Part shown: positions 36,130-48,689 of the stretch, piece after piece
Position numbering within the stretch: position 1 is the stretch's first letter
How the letters are laid out: each line of letters begins with the position of its first letter
Origin: Raillietiella orientalis
Lineage: Eukaryota
Length of the DNA: 64,000 bases
NCBI GenBank assembly: GCA_036172245.1
Contig: JAYWIR010000061.1
Coordinates: 558,001-622,000, forward strand
Direction: 5' to 3'
Program-made: the position numbers and the translations under genes
Notes under the pieces: model-generated
Told to the model about the DNA's origin: nothing
The model's database searches: none
Seen by the model: only the letters and a program-made list of their open reading frames with translations

Positions 36130-37560
36130 TCCTTCCTCTTGTGCATCTGCGCCATCCGTGGTGACCTTTTGTCCCTATTTCCCCGCTCCGCTTCCCCGGA
36201 AAAACTCCAGGAATTCCTCTGTTGGATCCGCAAAGAAATGAGTATGAGTGAACAGGCAGAAATTTGTAATCACCATCGGTTTGGAGCGGGACAAGCAACT
36301 CGTAATGGAATTCCTTCAGAAGTTTTGGACTCGCAAGCATGTTTCATTTGTCCCTAAACGTCACGAAGGTACTAGCTCTGTTCTCAGACGAGACCTACTA
36401 CCTACCGGAACGGGTCTTTTTCTAGATACCTTTGCCGTGCCTCATTTGTTACTCCTTTTTGTTGTCCCACCTTCTATTGAGACGAGACGGAAAGTTAGTG
36501 AAATGCTTCAGAAAGCCCCATGGGGGAAAGAAAAACCTCTAGTCACTTCTTCCCATCGTGACTACGGCCTTGGCATCCAGGCAGTGGGGAAGATAGAACT
36601 TCAGTTCCTCTTCCAATAACCACAGTTCGCGTGTGAGAACTGGAAGGGTCCCAGCCCAGCTTGTAATGCGTCACATGGTTGGTTGTGAGATTTGCGTCCA
36701 TGGTGCCCAGCAGCCACCTCGGCTCTCGCTCATTGGCTTCCCTCTGATGCAAACGTGTTACTGGGAAAGCACCACTAGGGCTACGGTCAGTCGTCAACTT
36801 TGGTGTTTAGCAGGGATTAAAATGGAAGATAGATGAGCCAAGGAATTTTACTGTATATGCATACTTGGGCCCGCATTGCAAAAGTGGGGCCACACCAATG
36901 AGAATCCGTAGCTCATCTAAAGGAAACTTCCCTAGCAGAATAATGTGGAATGCTTTGAAGTGTTGTTGCGTCTACAACACCCCCTTAGTCGACATGCTAA
37001 GTGCCTTCCGCACCAGGGAGAACAGTACGCAGTCAGCGAAGTGAGATCTGCACTGTTGTGGAAGAACAGATCAGCACTCATTTGGGAGTGGCCAGCAGGA
37101 AAACCTGAGGAAACTATTCCGCCCATATGAAGGAGAGGATTCCAAGGCAGGGCTGAATTCTTAGGAATCCATGTGCAAAGCTTTCCCTGAGGCTGCAAAA
37201 TTATTTGATGCTTCTGCACAGAAGATTGTGATACAATAGATGAGCACTCATAGGCATAAGGCCTATGAACTGCGCATGCTGTAGTCTTGAGGAATCCCTA
37301 CCCTACATGCTCCTTAAGTGCGAAGCTGTGTCACAAGGATAGACATGTATGAAGACAACGCTCTCTCTTACCATGACAGTCCTAAAGACAATCTCGCGTG
37401 CTTCTCCCTTGCCAACCACTTTTCTGTTGCCTCAATAATCATACTAGGTTGCTTCATCCTGGGGATTGTGAGGGAAAGGACTAAACCTCAGTTTCTCGCA
37501 ATCAGGTGAGAAGCCATCAAACTTGCACTCCTACTCTGGAGAGCTAGGAGATGACCACCG
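36130..37560 (+). mobile_element. Older decayed Tx1 family A-like ORF2 3' half
   Basis: PHLLLLFVVPP...QKAPWG...DYGLGI matches the 13628 ORF; zinc finger NCACCSLEESLPYMLLKC. Confidence 0.7.
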
Positions 37561-39106
37561 ATTGAGCACTCAGGTGAAACAGGAATTCGCCTTGATATCA
37601 TGGCGAATCAGTACATGACTCACCAGTTGACAACTTTCCTCCCATACTCCTTCCAGTTGAGCTTTTTTGTTTCTCCATCATACCCTCATGAACTTTGCCC
37701 TACAACCCTTGTGCCCATGACAACTTTGCTGTTCCCATGTGATCATTCGAGTTGAGTTCTTGTATATTTCCAAAGTAAACACCCCAGCATAAACCACATG
37801 ATAAGCCACAACTTCCATTCTATCAATGCCAGTGTAGAGCATTAATTATGACAAAAAGTGCACACCGAGTCAACAAGGGCAATGAAAAATGTGTTAAAAC
37901 ATAAAGAACAAAGACAACTACAAATATCCTATTTGTTCACTTTAACCCCCATCCACAACTGTTTTACATTTGCCATGCTATGAACACATTTCCCCACTTA
38001 TAAATTAGCAATGCTTTCATTTATTTTCTATTTAATACTAAATCAAAATTTACTAGATTTTTATAACAGTGTTCTCAGTGAACAAGTTGCAATGAGCTCG
38101 CAAATCGCTGTGCTTTATTATGATCTTTCTTTGTTTTGACCTCTCAATTTAGTATGATTCTTAGATAAAATGTGTAATTTATCTAAAGAATTCTCAATTT
38201 CCTATTTCTGCAAATTACAAATCACACTTCTGAAATGGACAAAAACAGAGAATTTGCAAGCTAAGAGAAACTCAAATTTCGTCAAATAATCAAAAATTAC
38301 TTCAAGTACAAAATTACTTCATGTTCCAAAATTATAAGTGAAATTTTCTCAAATGTTAATCTATGGAGACACTTGGGTACATGGATGTTTTTGCAATTCA
38401 AAACCCATTTTTTGAATAAGAAATGGAAGCAAGAAGAAAGATGATGAGGAAACAATGGAAACAATAAAAGCAACGTGGAAGTCATTCAAAAAACTCAATA
38501 CATTAAAGACAAGCCAATAAACAAAATAATTTTCAATTTGCAAAAATACATTACAACTTTTTAAAAAACCAGAGAACTGAAACCGAATTAATAAAACGCC
38601 ACCTACAAGAATGGATTTTTCTTTTTTTAAAAAAAAAAAACGTTTGAAAACACAATGAAAATGGCCTGGAATCAAACCTAGGCAAGGTCCAACATCAACA
38701 CCTCTGCTAATTACAATGTTGAATGTCTTATTTACTAAGTAACAGGAACCTATAATGAGACTTTTATATGAAACAAAATCCCTTCCAATCCATAGTTGAA
38801 TCCAGTTCTACATTTCATTAAGCCTATGAAACTACCTAATATTTCACATGCATCAATAATGTTGAATACACTCTCTATGTGGGTGTATGTATGAAAAATT
38901 CATCAAGCAATAAGTTAGAATTATAAAATTTTTACTCATGACATATTTATTGCATGATTGTTACACTTACCATGTAATATCTGTAATGGAATATAACAAC
39001 CACAGCACTGTAATTCATTCAATCCTGTGACAAACTTCAAATGAAAATCTGATGAGAAACTTACTGAGGATTTGTTCTTTAGATAGTGTGAATATTTATT
39101 ACAAGC

Positions 39107-40341
39107 TTAATCACACAAAAGTGCAACTGGAAGAGTTGTACCACACAGACCACTGAAGTAAAACCTGAATTCAAAGTAAACATAAGCACATATACTTTTT
39201 ATTAAATGTTTGGATAGAAATAAAATTAGGAATACTACTTTTATAACAAAGATAGTGACTTACTTAAATGAATGGCATGCAGCCTGTTGTTCTATGTTGA
39301 ATTCAGCAACAGGAACACCACGATATGCAACTTGTGGAGCAAATGAAGCTGCAGGATACACAGCAGAAGATGTTCCCACTACCAAACACAAATCACAACC
39401 ATCCAAATAATTACCTAAAAAAGTTACCATTAGTACTTGATCAAAATTTCGATTTAATTACAGGCTTCCTTTAGGACATCAGCATTCAGATCTTCACCAA
39501 ACCAAATCACATTTGGACGCAGAAGACCTGCACATTGTTGACAACGAGGAAGATCTTCTACAGAAATATTAGCATCAGCAACACCTGGATCTGGCTGTCT
39601 GAAATTCTGCAATGAGAAACATCATACTGGTTTCTTACCCAGTTCCTTTCAGACTGGAACAAATAGGACTATCATGATTCACTCGAATGTCATCACAACT
39701 TGTACATCTGGTTTGAAACAATGAACCATGTAACTCAATAACATTGACAGAGCCTGCTTTTTGATGCATTTCATCAATATTTTGGGTTATAATTACTAGC
39801 TGTTTATTTTGAGCTTGGAACCATTTTTGACATTTAGTTATGGCAAAATGTGCCTTAAAAAGTCGAGTAAAATATAATATACAACACTGCAGATGTATAC
39901 TTTATTCGGTTTTTTCATCAGAACTAATTCACGCTGATAATGATAATACTCCCAAACTACGGAAGGGCTCCAATAGAAAGCTTCTGGATTTGCCAGAGAA
40001 GAACCTTCATAATTCCTCCAAAATCTTTCACTTCCAGTATAGGTTGGAATACCAGATTCAGCAGAGATTCCAGCACCAGTAATAATAACTGTCTGTCGGG
40101 AAGCCTTCAGAAGTTTTCTAAACTCTAATAGGCTGCTATTTCCATTTTGGAATAACCTTTTCATTTGTGTAACTATAACTTTTACACTGCCTAGTTTTGT
40201 CAAATGTCGTGGATACATTACAACTCTTGAGTTTTCTCTAGAGCACACCATGTGTTTATTTTCGCAAATCCATAAAAGTATCACAGAACACGCAATTTTT
40301 TGCTTTTCCAGAACTGGTTTCATCATACATCGTGCAGCCAT
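39107..40341 (-). CDS. SIRT5: Class III sirtuin, SIRT5-like NAD-dependent deacylase; exons 40341 (or 40218)-39901, 39853-39639, 39598-39462, 39414-39264, 39164-39107
   Basis: [72 protein letters not shown] introns of 47, 40, 47 and 99 nt. Confidence 0.93.
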
Positions 40342-40401
40342 ACACAGTACATAAATGAATGTAACCGTTGCAACACTCTACGCAAAATCAGCTCCTCCGC
40401 C

Positions 40402-40469
40402 TTTCAATTTATTGCACGGCACCTATTGCACCTCTCACCTTTGTTAAGGTGCCGTGCAATAAATTGAAA
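40402..40469. repeat. Perfect 23-bp inverted repeat with 22-nt spacer
   Basis: tttcaatttattgcacggcacct (40402-40424) / aggtgccgtgcaataaattgaaa (40447-40469). Confidence 0.95.
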
Positions 40470-41199
40470 CGGAATAAATTGAATACTAAATTGGATCCGT
40501 AGCAAGAAAGCATTTCAGGTACGCTGCACATAGGCCAACAAAAAAAAAAGAACAATGCTTCTTTAAAGTGTAAAAAAGCTTAAAACATTGCACGACAGTG
40601 GTTTTGTTTCCGAACCGTCCTCACTCTTTCTAACGAAGAATGAAGCACTTAAGGAGATACGAATAAACAATTTCAGGTTAGCGAGTGCATATGCCCCTAT
40701 CTAATAAGTAACACTAATATAATATAATGGAAAAGTAAAAATAACATGAATGCTTGGATTTTTCGTTTTTTTAAATTAAAAATCATGAATACACAGTCCA
40801 TTGTAATCACAGCAACAGGTAAACATTTAAAAAAACTTTTCTGAAGTTTGTAGCGGTATAGAAATGCAACTTCATTAAAAGAAAAACCAATATCACACAT
40901 TATTTAACTCTCCTGATAAACCTAAACTTCAAATGAAAGTCCATGCAAAATTAAATGACTTGCTTTCTTTGATTAAGCTGAAGCTACAACGGTTATGAGG
41001 AAATTGTTTTCATTAATAAATTAATGATTGAAATAAATCAATTAAATTTCATTAATAAATTAATTAAAAATTCCTTCACAACCGTTGTATCTTTAGCTTA
41101 ATCCTCAAGTACGGAAATTGACTTAATTGCTGATAAGCCCGACAACACTGGAAAGGTATACCCCTAAGTAAACTGCTGCTATGGCAAAACCTGCATGGA

Positions 41200-41700
41200 C
41201 AATCTATGTATCCAACTTGATACACAGCACAGGGTATAAAGGAAATCTGGTAGTACATCAAAGAGAACAAATCACTCTCGGTGCACATTCCCTCAGGTTC
41301 TCGCAGCTACGCGATATTTTGTTGGGCATCACCATCTTCAGCTGTGCGGGGGTACAAAGCACTGTCACTTCTGGAACCTTGCTCAGAACTCGAAATGCTT
41401 TTTTGTGGGATTTTATGATCTCAGGACGATGAGTGTATCACTTGATTGTCGTTAACACCATTGCACTAGGAGTAGATCATCACCAAAGTGCGCTCATGGA
41501 TCTGCACTGACCTTCCCCAAAGTGTCCACTCATGAGTGAAAACCTGAGAATCGGAAAGGGACAACATGCACCTAATTCCACATCTTCTTTCTTTCATCAT
41601 TGCCGATCTTCCAAGGCCAGTCGAAGTATATATTGCATGATGTAGATGGCAAGGGACATTTACTGACTGTCCTGTGGGGGTTCATCAATAATTTTATGAC
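41200..41700 (-). mobile_element. Possible RNase H remnant of a non-LTR retrotransposon
   Basis: AIYT.., SQVFTHE, VMIYS*C and VTVLCTPAQ occur in RNase H motif order; very degenerate. Confidence 0.3.
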
Positions 41701-43241
41701 GTTTCGTGAGTGTTCATCAAAACTATCAAGGGTTCTCTACACAGACACGTGCTTTCAATATGGCATACAGGTGCGTCTCTGGATTTAAAGACCAGATGGA
41801 GAAGATTTATTTTCCTGGTCCCAAAATTTCGAAAACTGTACTTGAAACAGAATCAGTGTCAAGCGACCAAAGGATTTGAATTTAAATAGCAAATTAAACA
41901 GTCTATTTTGTTCTTTAGGAATGTATTTGCTACTAATAGCAGAAATAAGTACCATGGTTTAGAGTTTGGGACTCAAACAGGCAAATTTTATGTTCTGAAA
42001 TTGGCCCTTCATACAGTTCTTGGCTAAATAGACACATGTGAGCAGGAACAAATTCTTTAATATTCTCTAAAAAGTTTAACAATGTGAAAATACCGTGCAA
42101 GAGTGTATGATGATAAGATTGAGAGCCTTTGCAGTATTTTTCTCTGGTATTGCAAAATCAGCTTCACTCTTGAAGGAGTTCTCGAGCAACAGATGCACTT
42201 AATAAGATATTCTTATTCGATGCCTTATCCGTCTTGTCTTTCCAAACAGTGGACTTCTAGGTTGCCCCGCAGTCTTGCGCGGCCCGCTGTAAGCCATACT
42301 CGTAATAGGGTAGGTTAATCGTGGGACTAATGACATGTGGTAAAAGTGAAAGAAAGATCTATGACCACCGATCTATTACTTCTCCCAGAGAAATCGCATC
42401 CACTTTCTCGCAACTGCAGAAAGGAGGAAATCATAGACACTCCATTTCTGTACTTGTGGCTGTGTACGGTATGACCCCTGTATTCCACTTCGGGTACTGC
42501 AGGGGTACGGTGCAGATAAAGCTGAAACTATTGAGACCAAATTATCTTAAATGTGGTTACAGTAGGATCTCGTAAAGTGGAATCAAAATAATTTCTGGCT
42601 TGCAACCAATTCCTTCAATGGCACCAACGTCGCTTTAGTGGGGATCCAAGCGAGATAACGAATCCAAAGTTTCTGTCGACTTCACATTCACACTTGTATC
42701 ATGTCCGTGATCTTTTTAAGACTGTTTTTATTCTGCTTTGTAAAATGGTACCCAAAGTTGTATCGATATTTTATAAATCCAGAATACGAAGCCCATACAA
42801 TTACATGCATTTAGTGGTTTGTTAAAACTCATGCTCATTGATGCTTGATTTGATTTTTTGCAATGAGTACCGCCTGCCCGTTACCGGAATGGTGTTTTTT
42901 TTTTTGTTGTCGTTTTGCTGAGTTTTTTTGCTTATTGATGGATTTCCTTGAAATGGGAAGGATTTCTTAAAGGGTTTATAGGATTGTCCACATGAGAGTT
43001 TTATCTTACTCTGTTTATGGTCCCGAATGATTTCCAATTTGCAAAATTTTCAATTAGTATTTCAACAAAATGATTCAATTATTGCAATGTATTCCTAGCA
43101 AGTCTTGGAAATATATATGTTTCCTATTTGAGAACAGTTTATTTGTGGCAGATTCAAGGGTGGGACATTTAATTATAGAAACTTATACAATTGCTACAGA
43201 ACTCCAGTTTGGAGTTTATCAGCCATAAAACCAAAAAATTC

Positions 43242-45059
43242 ATGGCATCAACTAGGTGTTACTTGACACCTACAGACAATAGACATGCATCAATTGAATT
43301 ATCAGAAAATTCCACAGTTATTGGGCGAAGTTCCAGAACATGTATAAAGAATCTAAAGTGTTCCAGATCCCAAGGTAATATGGTTTATCATGAGTAACCA
43401 ATAATTTTGTAGTTTCTTTTGTGGCCGATCTTACTTCCAAAAAGGTTCTAGTGACACAACTTGGTCATAATCCTTGCTTTACAAAAAACATGAAGCTAAC
43501 CAAATCCCAGCACTGTCATTTGCACCATGGGGATAGTATTAAGTTACCTGGAGAAAATGTGTATCATATTGAATTTATAGAAAATATGGATGCAAGTAAT
43601 GCACAAGGGATAAGAAACCAGCCTTCTGAATCTGATGGTGGTAATTTCAATGGTTGAGTTGTAACTTATACTCAAACAGTTCCCATTGCTTTGAAAAAGG
43701 CTAAAAGTTCAGAAGAAAAGCCGGAGTTATGTTATCATTGGGAGGGATCATCAGAAGATGAAAGTGCATTATTAGTGTATTGTTTGTCTTCATTTAATGC
43801 AACAACTAATCATAAGGTTAGTTGGCCCCATTGATAGATGGATGCCAAATAGTGTCATAGCTTGCATGCTTTGATTTAGATGGTACTTTGGTAATCACCA
43901 GATCAGGGAAGATACATGCTCAGAACGAAGATGATTGGAAATGGTTATCTTCATGTGTTCCTCAGAGACTTCAGCAATTACACAAAGAAGACTTTACATT
44001 AGTTATATTCAGTAATCAAGCAGGAGTCTCAAAGAAACATGTGGATGAAAAAGTGCTTAAAAAGCGCATCCAAACTATTTTAAAATCATTGCAGACTCCA
44101 GTTACAGTATTAGTAGCCTGCAAATCTAATATCTATCGGAAACCTCGACTGGGCATGTGGGATTTTTTCCTAAGTAAAGTGAGATTGATATCCACTTAGA
44201 TTATTGTTAAATGAGTTACAGGCAAGTATCACCAACATCGATAGAATTCATAGCTTCTACTGTGGGGATGCTGCTGGAAGGTTTGCCAATCCATCTTTGG
44301 GTAGAAAAAAAGATTTTTCTTGCTGTGATCGTTTATTTGCAATGAATGCTGGGATTACCTTTTACACTCCCGAAGAATTTTTTCTTAACCATTCCAAGAG
44401 TGATTTTCAATTACCACGCTTAAATCCATCAATGTTTTCCGTATGTGGTTCACTAACAACTCCTAAAGATGCACCTTTCTGCCAGAAAACCGTTGAGGTG
44501 AGCGAGAATCTAATGAGGCCTAAAGCTATTCATACTATAGGTAATTATGTTAGTTGGATTACCAGGATCTGGAAAAACCTCTTTTGCTCAAAAGTATTTT
44601 GAGCCATATGTACTCATAAGTCAAGATGTATTGGGTTCCAGGCAGCGTTGCCTGCAAAAACAGGCAGAATTTTTGAGGAAAAGCATGTCAGTAGTTGTGG
44701 ACAACACAAACTTGAATGTAGAATCTCGGAAGCCATATTTAGAATGTGCTGCTCAATTTGATGTTCCTGTCAGGTGCTTTGTATTACCTGATGACATAGA
44801 GCTAGCTAAACACAATATACAATTCCGCCAATTAACTGGATCCAGTCATGTGGTAGTACCAGATGTAGCTTTGTATGCTTCAAAGTAAGTGGGTAGTAAG
44901 GAATTCTTTCCAATAATGGGCAAAAATATCAGAAAGAAATACCAAGAACCTAGCATACAGGAAGGATTTCAAGCCATTATCCACATTAATCATGCCATCA
45001 ACGTCTTTCAAAATGAGTTTGAGAGCCAACTATATTCTATGTATTTATTGGAGAAATAA
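43242..45059 (+). CDS. PNKP: Bifunctional polynucleotide phosphatase/kinase; exons 43242-43374, 43413-43640, 43680-43816, 43861-44178, 44222-44497, 44541-44884, 44933-45059
   Basis: FHA domain (IGRS..T.I...KCSR.Q, QLGHNP), HAD motifs FDLDGTL, FSNQAG, YRKPRLGMW, FYCGDAAGR, kinase P-loop GLPGSGKT, VVDNTN; GT-AG introns of 38-48 nt. Confidence 0.95.
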
Positions 45060-45734
45060 GAAAGAAGCTGTGTTCATTGGGAGAATTCGCACCAGAGTCA
45101 CAATTTAATTGAGCAGAAATACAGTTGAATTATGTTGACTCTTTCTGTGAATTTATTAATACCACATTACAGCTTGTTGTAGTAACTACTTTATAGTCTA
45201 CTTCCCACTTATTGGTCTTCTTGTAGCTTGTTTAAGAGTCCTGTTTTCTGTTATTCCAAGAGACCACAACACTCCAAGTTTCCAGCTTGCATGTTCAACA
45301 TAGTCCCAAAGACCTTTACTTGAAACTGAAATGATTAACATCCCTACCACAAGTGGATGTTTTGTTCTATTCATGTGCTTTGCCCATTTCCCTTCCTAAG
45401 TTATATGTGGGGGCTTATAAGAACTCTTATCCACAGGGATACAAGAGTTCAAGCATTATACTGTTTGTAAATTGCTGCATCCTCAACTTAAGTTATCAGT
45501 TTCAGTTCCAAAAGCATGTGTAGTTCAATTACAATAAGGATCCTTCTTAAAATGATTGCACTGGCCATTCTTTAGGAGCCCTTCTTTTACATATATATTT
45601 AGGTGATAATTTGTAAGCAGCTTCATCTTATGATTTTTTCGTATAAGTTGTATTCCTTTCTTGTCAGCTACAACTATTAGAAAGGTCTTTCGCCGTAAAT
45701 TGCACTCTTTTCCACAAGTCCCACAAGGGGTAGG

Positions 45735-48640
45735 GTGAATTTATTTTCTTTTATCATTCACTCTAGATATTCATGTATTCATGTTCTCGAATCATTCCAC
45801 TTATGTCACCTGGAAGTCCGCTTCGTGGGATTAATACCGAGGTTCACCACACTTGGGGAACTGGGCGTCGTTTATTCCTGGACATTGTCCCCAATCATTC
45901 TCAGGATATGTTGGTAGTTCCAGGCGTGTACTCTTCCACAGTTTCTTATGCCGATCTCCTTCTGGATAAGCCCTTTCAGGATTTCCATTGGAGATACGGC
46001 TGTGCTGGTGGTCTCCATCTTCCACCACCGCACATGGATGGCGGTGATGAAGAGGGCGATAGTCCTCCTTACCATGGGATTATAACAGGTAACGTTCCCA
46101 TTTCCTTGGAACATGCCTGCTAAAATTCCCATGGTCGATGTGGTGGGCAGTCCGATTACCCTGTTGAGGGTGTGCTACTCTTGTTGCATAGTGGGACAGG
46201 TGAACACGTGGAGTCTTGTATCCTTGTCTCCACATGCTTTGCAGTCCTCATCTTCCCTTCTTCCCGTGAATCGCTTCATTGTTGTTCCGCACAAGATTCC
46301 TCCATGATAAAACATCAGGAGGTTATCCTGTGTGTCCTGTAACAAATCACTCTTCCAGAGCGTTGTTCCAATCGCCAACAGGTTTATCCAAACACTCCCG
46401 TGCCGATCGGCGGCTGGCTGGCTGTTAGCCACAAGAACTCGTCGGACAGCCGCCGATACGCCGTCCTGCCTCTGACGTCCCGGGAATAGATGACTTCATC
46501 CGGGATGTTGAAATCTCCCACGATGATCACGATGTCCTTCGGTGCGACCTTTTGTCCAAATATTCCGTGGAGCGCTTCCGCACACAGATGCTTTTGGTGG
46601 TGTGGTCTGTATACGTTCATCAAGAACAGGTGAAGATTTGCGGACCAGGACATTCGTATGCCGACGATTCTTCCCGGCATGGGACAGAAGGTTTCCAGGA
46701 TGGTGTGAGCGAGCTCGTTCCTTATCGAAATTGCCACTCCCATGGTGTTCCTCTGTCCCTCGCTGGAGAAGAGTTTTGCATTCAATCGCCGTTCCATGTC
46801 GTGGCTGATTTGTTGCCCCATCACGTGGGTTTCTTGCAGGCACACTATATCTTGATGTGCGATGGTCCACAATCCTTTTTCGCTTTGTCTGATCGGTAAG
46901 TCCATTAACATTCCAGGAGGCCATGTTGATCCTCCTGACGGTGGACAAGGACGAAGCCATAAAGGGGTTTTATTTTTTAGCCTTTCGGAGTTTCTTCTGC
47001 CGAGGAGACCGTTGCCGCCCCTGCACAGAAGGTTCCTCGCTACCAGCATCGCTTTCCTTTTCGGTGAAGTCGGTGAATTCTGCCTCCTCCGTCAGGTTTC
47101 CTGCGTCCACGATCACTTTTCGCGGGAGCCTCTCCAGGCTCACTGTCGCACAGAAGTTCGACTTGATGTCGAGAAGCTTGTCTTCCAGCTTCTCACGCTG
47201 GGTTTCATCCACCACATTATTTATGTCCTCCTGAACCTTGGAGATGCGTTGCAGGAGTTTCCCCTGCTCCTCTTCGCTGGTTCCTGGTTGGACATCTTCA
47301 TTCAGCTTCGCCACTTCCTCGTTGATTCGCAGGGCTTCCTGCGTTTCCGGGACGGACTCGGCAGTTTCCATTTTCTCTTCTGCTTCTTCCTCGGGCTTGT
47401 CTGAGGCTTGCTGCTCCTTAGCGAGCATCCTCCTCATCCTCTTTTTCCTCACTTCGATGAAGTCGTCCTCCGATACTGGGACCACCTCCCTTACCTTTTC
47501 CACCTTCTCGGTGATTCTTTGCGGCTGTTCCACCTCCTTCTGGAGTCTCTCTCGTACTGGTGAGAGCCCGCTCATGGTAAGCCAGTTGGCGTATTCCAGG
47601 CAGCTCTACCTCGCGTGGCCCGTTGCCTTACAAAAGGCACACACTTCAGGTTTGTTGCAAGACCGAATCTGATGTCCCTGCTTGCTGCAGCGGAAGCACC
47701 GAGATCTTAGACAAGCACTGACCCTGTGGCCAAAGTGCTTGCAACCCGTGCAAAATGTAGGCTGTTGCTTATATCGTATGAAAAATTCCTGGGAATCCTC
47801 ATCGATGTGGGAGACTCCCGGAATCTTCTCATCTTCAAATAACCTGATCTTGGCGGTGACATCGCCGGAGAACCGCTTTCCGGAGTAGTTTCGGAATTCC
47901 ACATCCATAGCTTCCCCGTGCTTTGTGAGGAAACTCCACACCGCTTGTTTATTTGTTGTCACGCAGACCCCTCCAAGAAACACCGTCGTATACGGCATTT
48001 CTCCTATTCCGAGGACCATCCTCCCTTGTATATTTATGTCCTTTCGATCAGGTCCTCGTGAGGGTTCACTGTCCGTGTAAACTGTGAACCCCGTCGTGCT
48101 CGGTATGATCGCTTGTACGTGATCAGAGTCTACATTCTTTTTACAGATGGCCAAATAACCTCTTTGATATTATTTATCCTGATAAGAGTCCTGTTTTGAA
48201 TGTGATCGGCTTCACATTCGGACTGATCCGCACGATCGGATCATCCATATTCTCGATTTTTCCGACTTCTGGCTTTCCAAATGTTCGTGGTGGAGCGTTG
48301 GAATTTCCGACTGCCACCGCCGCGTAAGAAAATGGCCGCGTCGTTGCAGCCGAACAAGATGGCGTCGCGGCCTTCGAGCTTCCCACTACTTGGGAGGTCG
48401 TAAGCTGCGATGCCAGCGCCGTAGCGTAAGCGACACGCTTCGACGCTGCACATTCTCCGGGCACTACCTCCATCCTGCACTATCTCAGCTGGGGTGACGT
48501 CGGCCTGTCCTCCAACTACCCTTGCATCCTTGCGGCGGACTGGTGAACTGTCCGCTGTGGCGGAATGCAAGTCCTCCACTGTGGTGTCGCTGCTGCTGGT
48601 GATTGTCCTCAACTGCACTGCACTGTCACTTCCCAGTGGG
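45735..48640 (-). mobile_element. Tx1 family B element with ORF1 (RRM and CCHC knuckles) and endonuclease joined directly to the ORF2 C-terminus; RT deleted
   Basis: ORF1 CTGCKHFGH..AC, CFRCSKQGH..RSC, CAFCKATGH; endonuclease MASWNVNGL, DIVCLQETH, IVGDFN; jump at ~46400 to CKACGDKDTRLHVFTC; AATAAA at 45740-45745. Confidence 0.9.
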
Positions 48641-48689
48641 TAGGATTTATTGAATAAATAAATGGATTATAAAATATAAATAGGCACAA

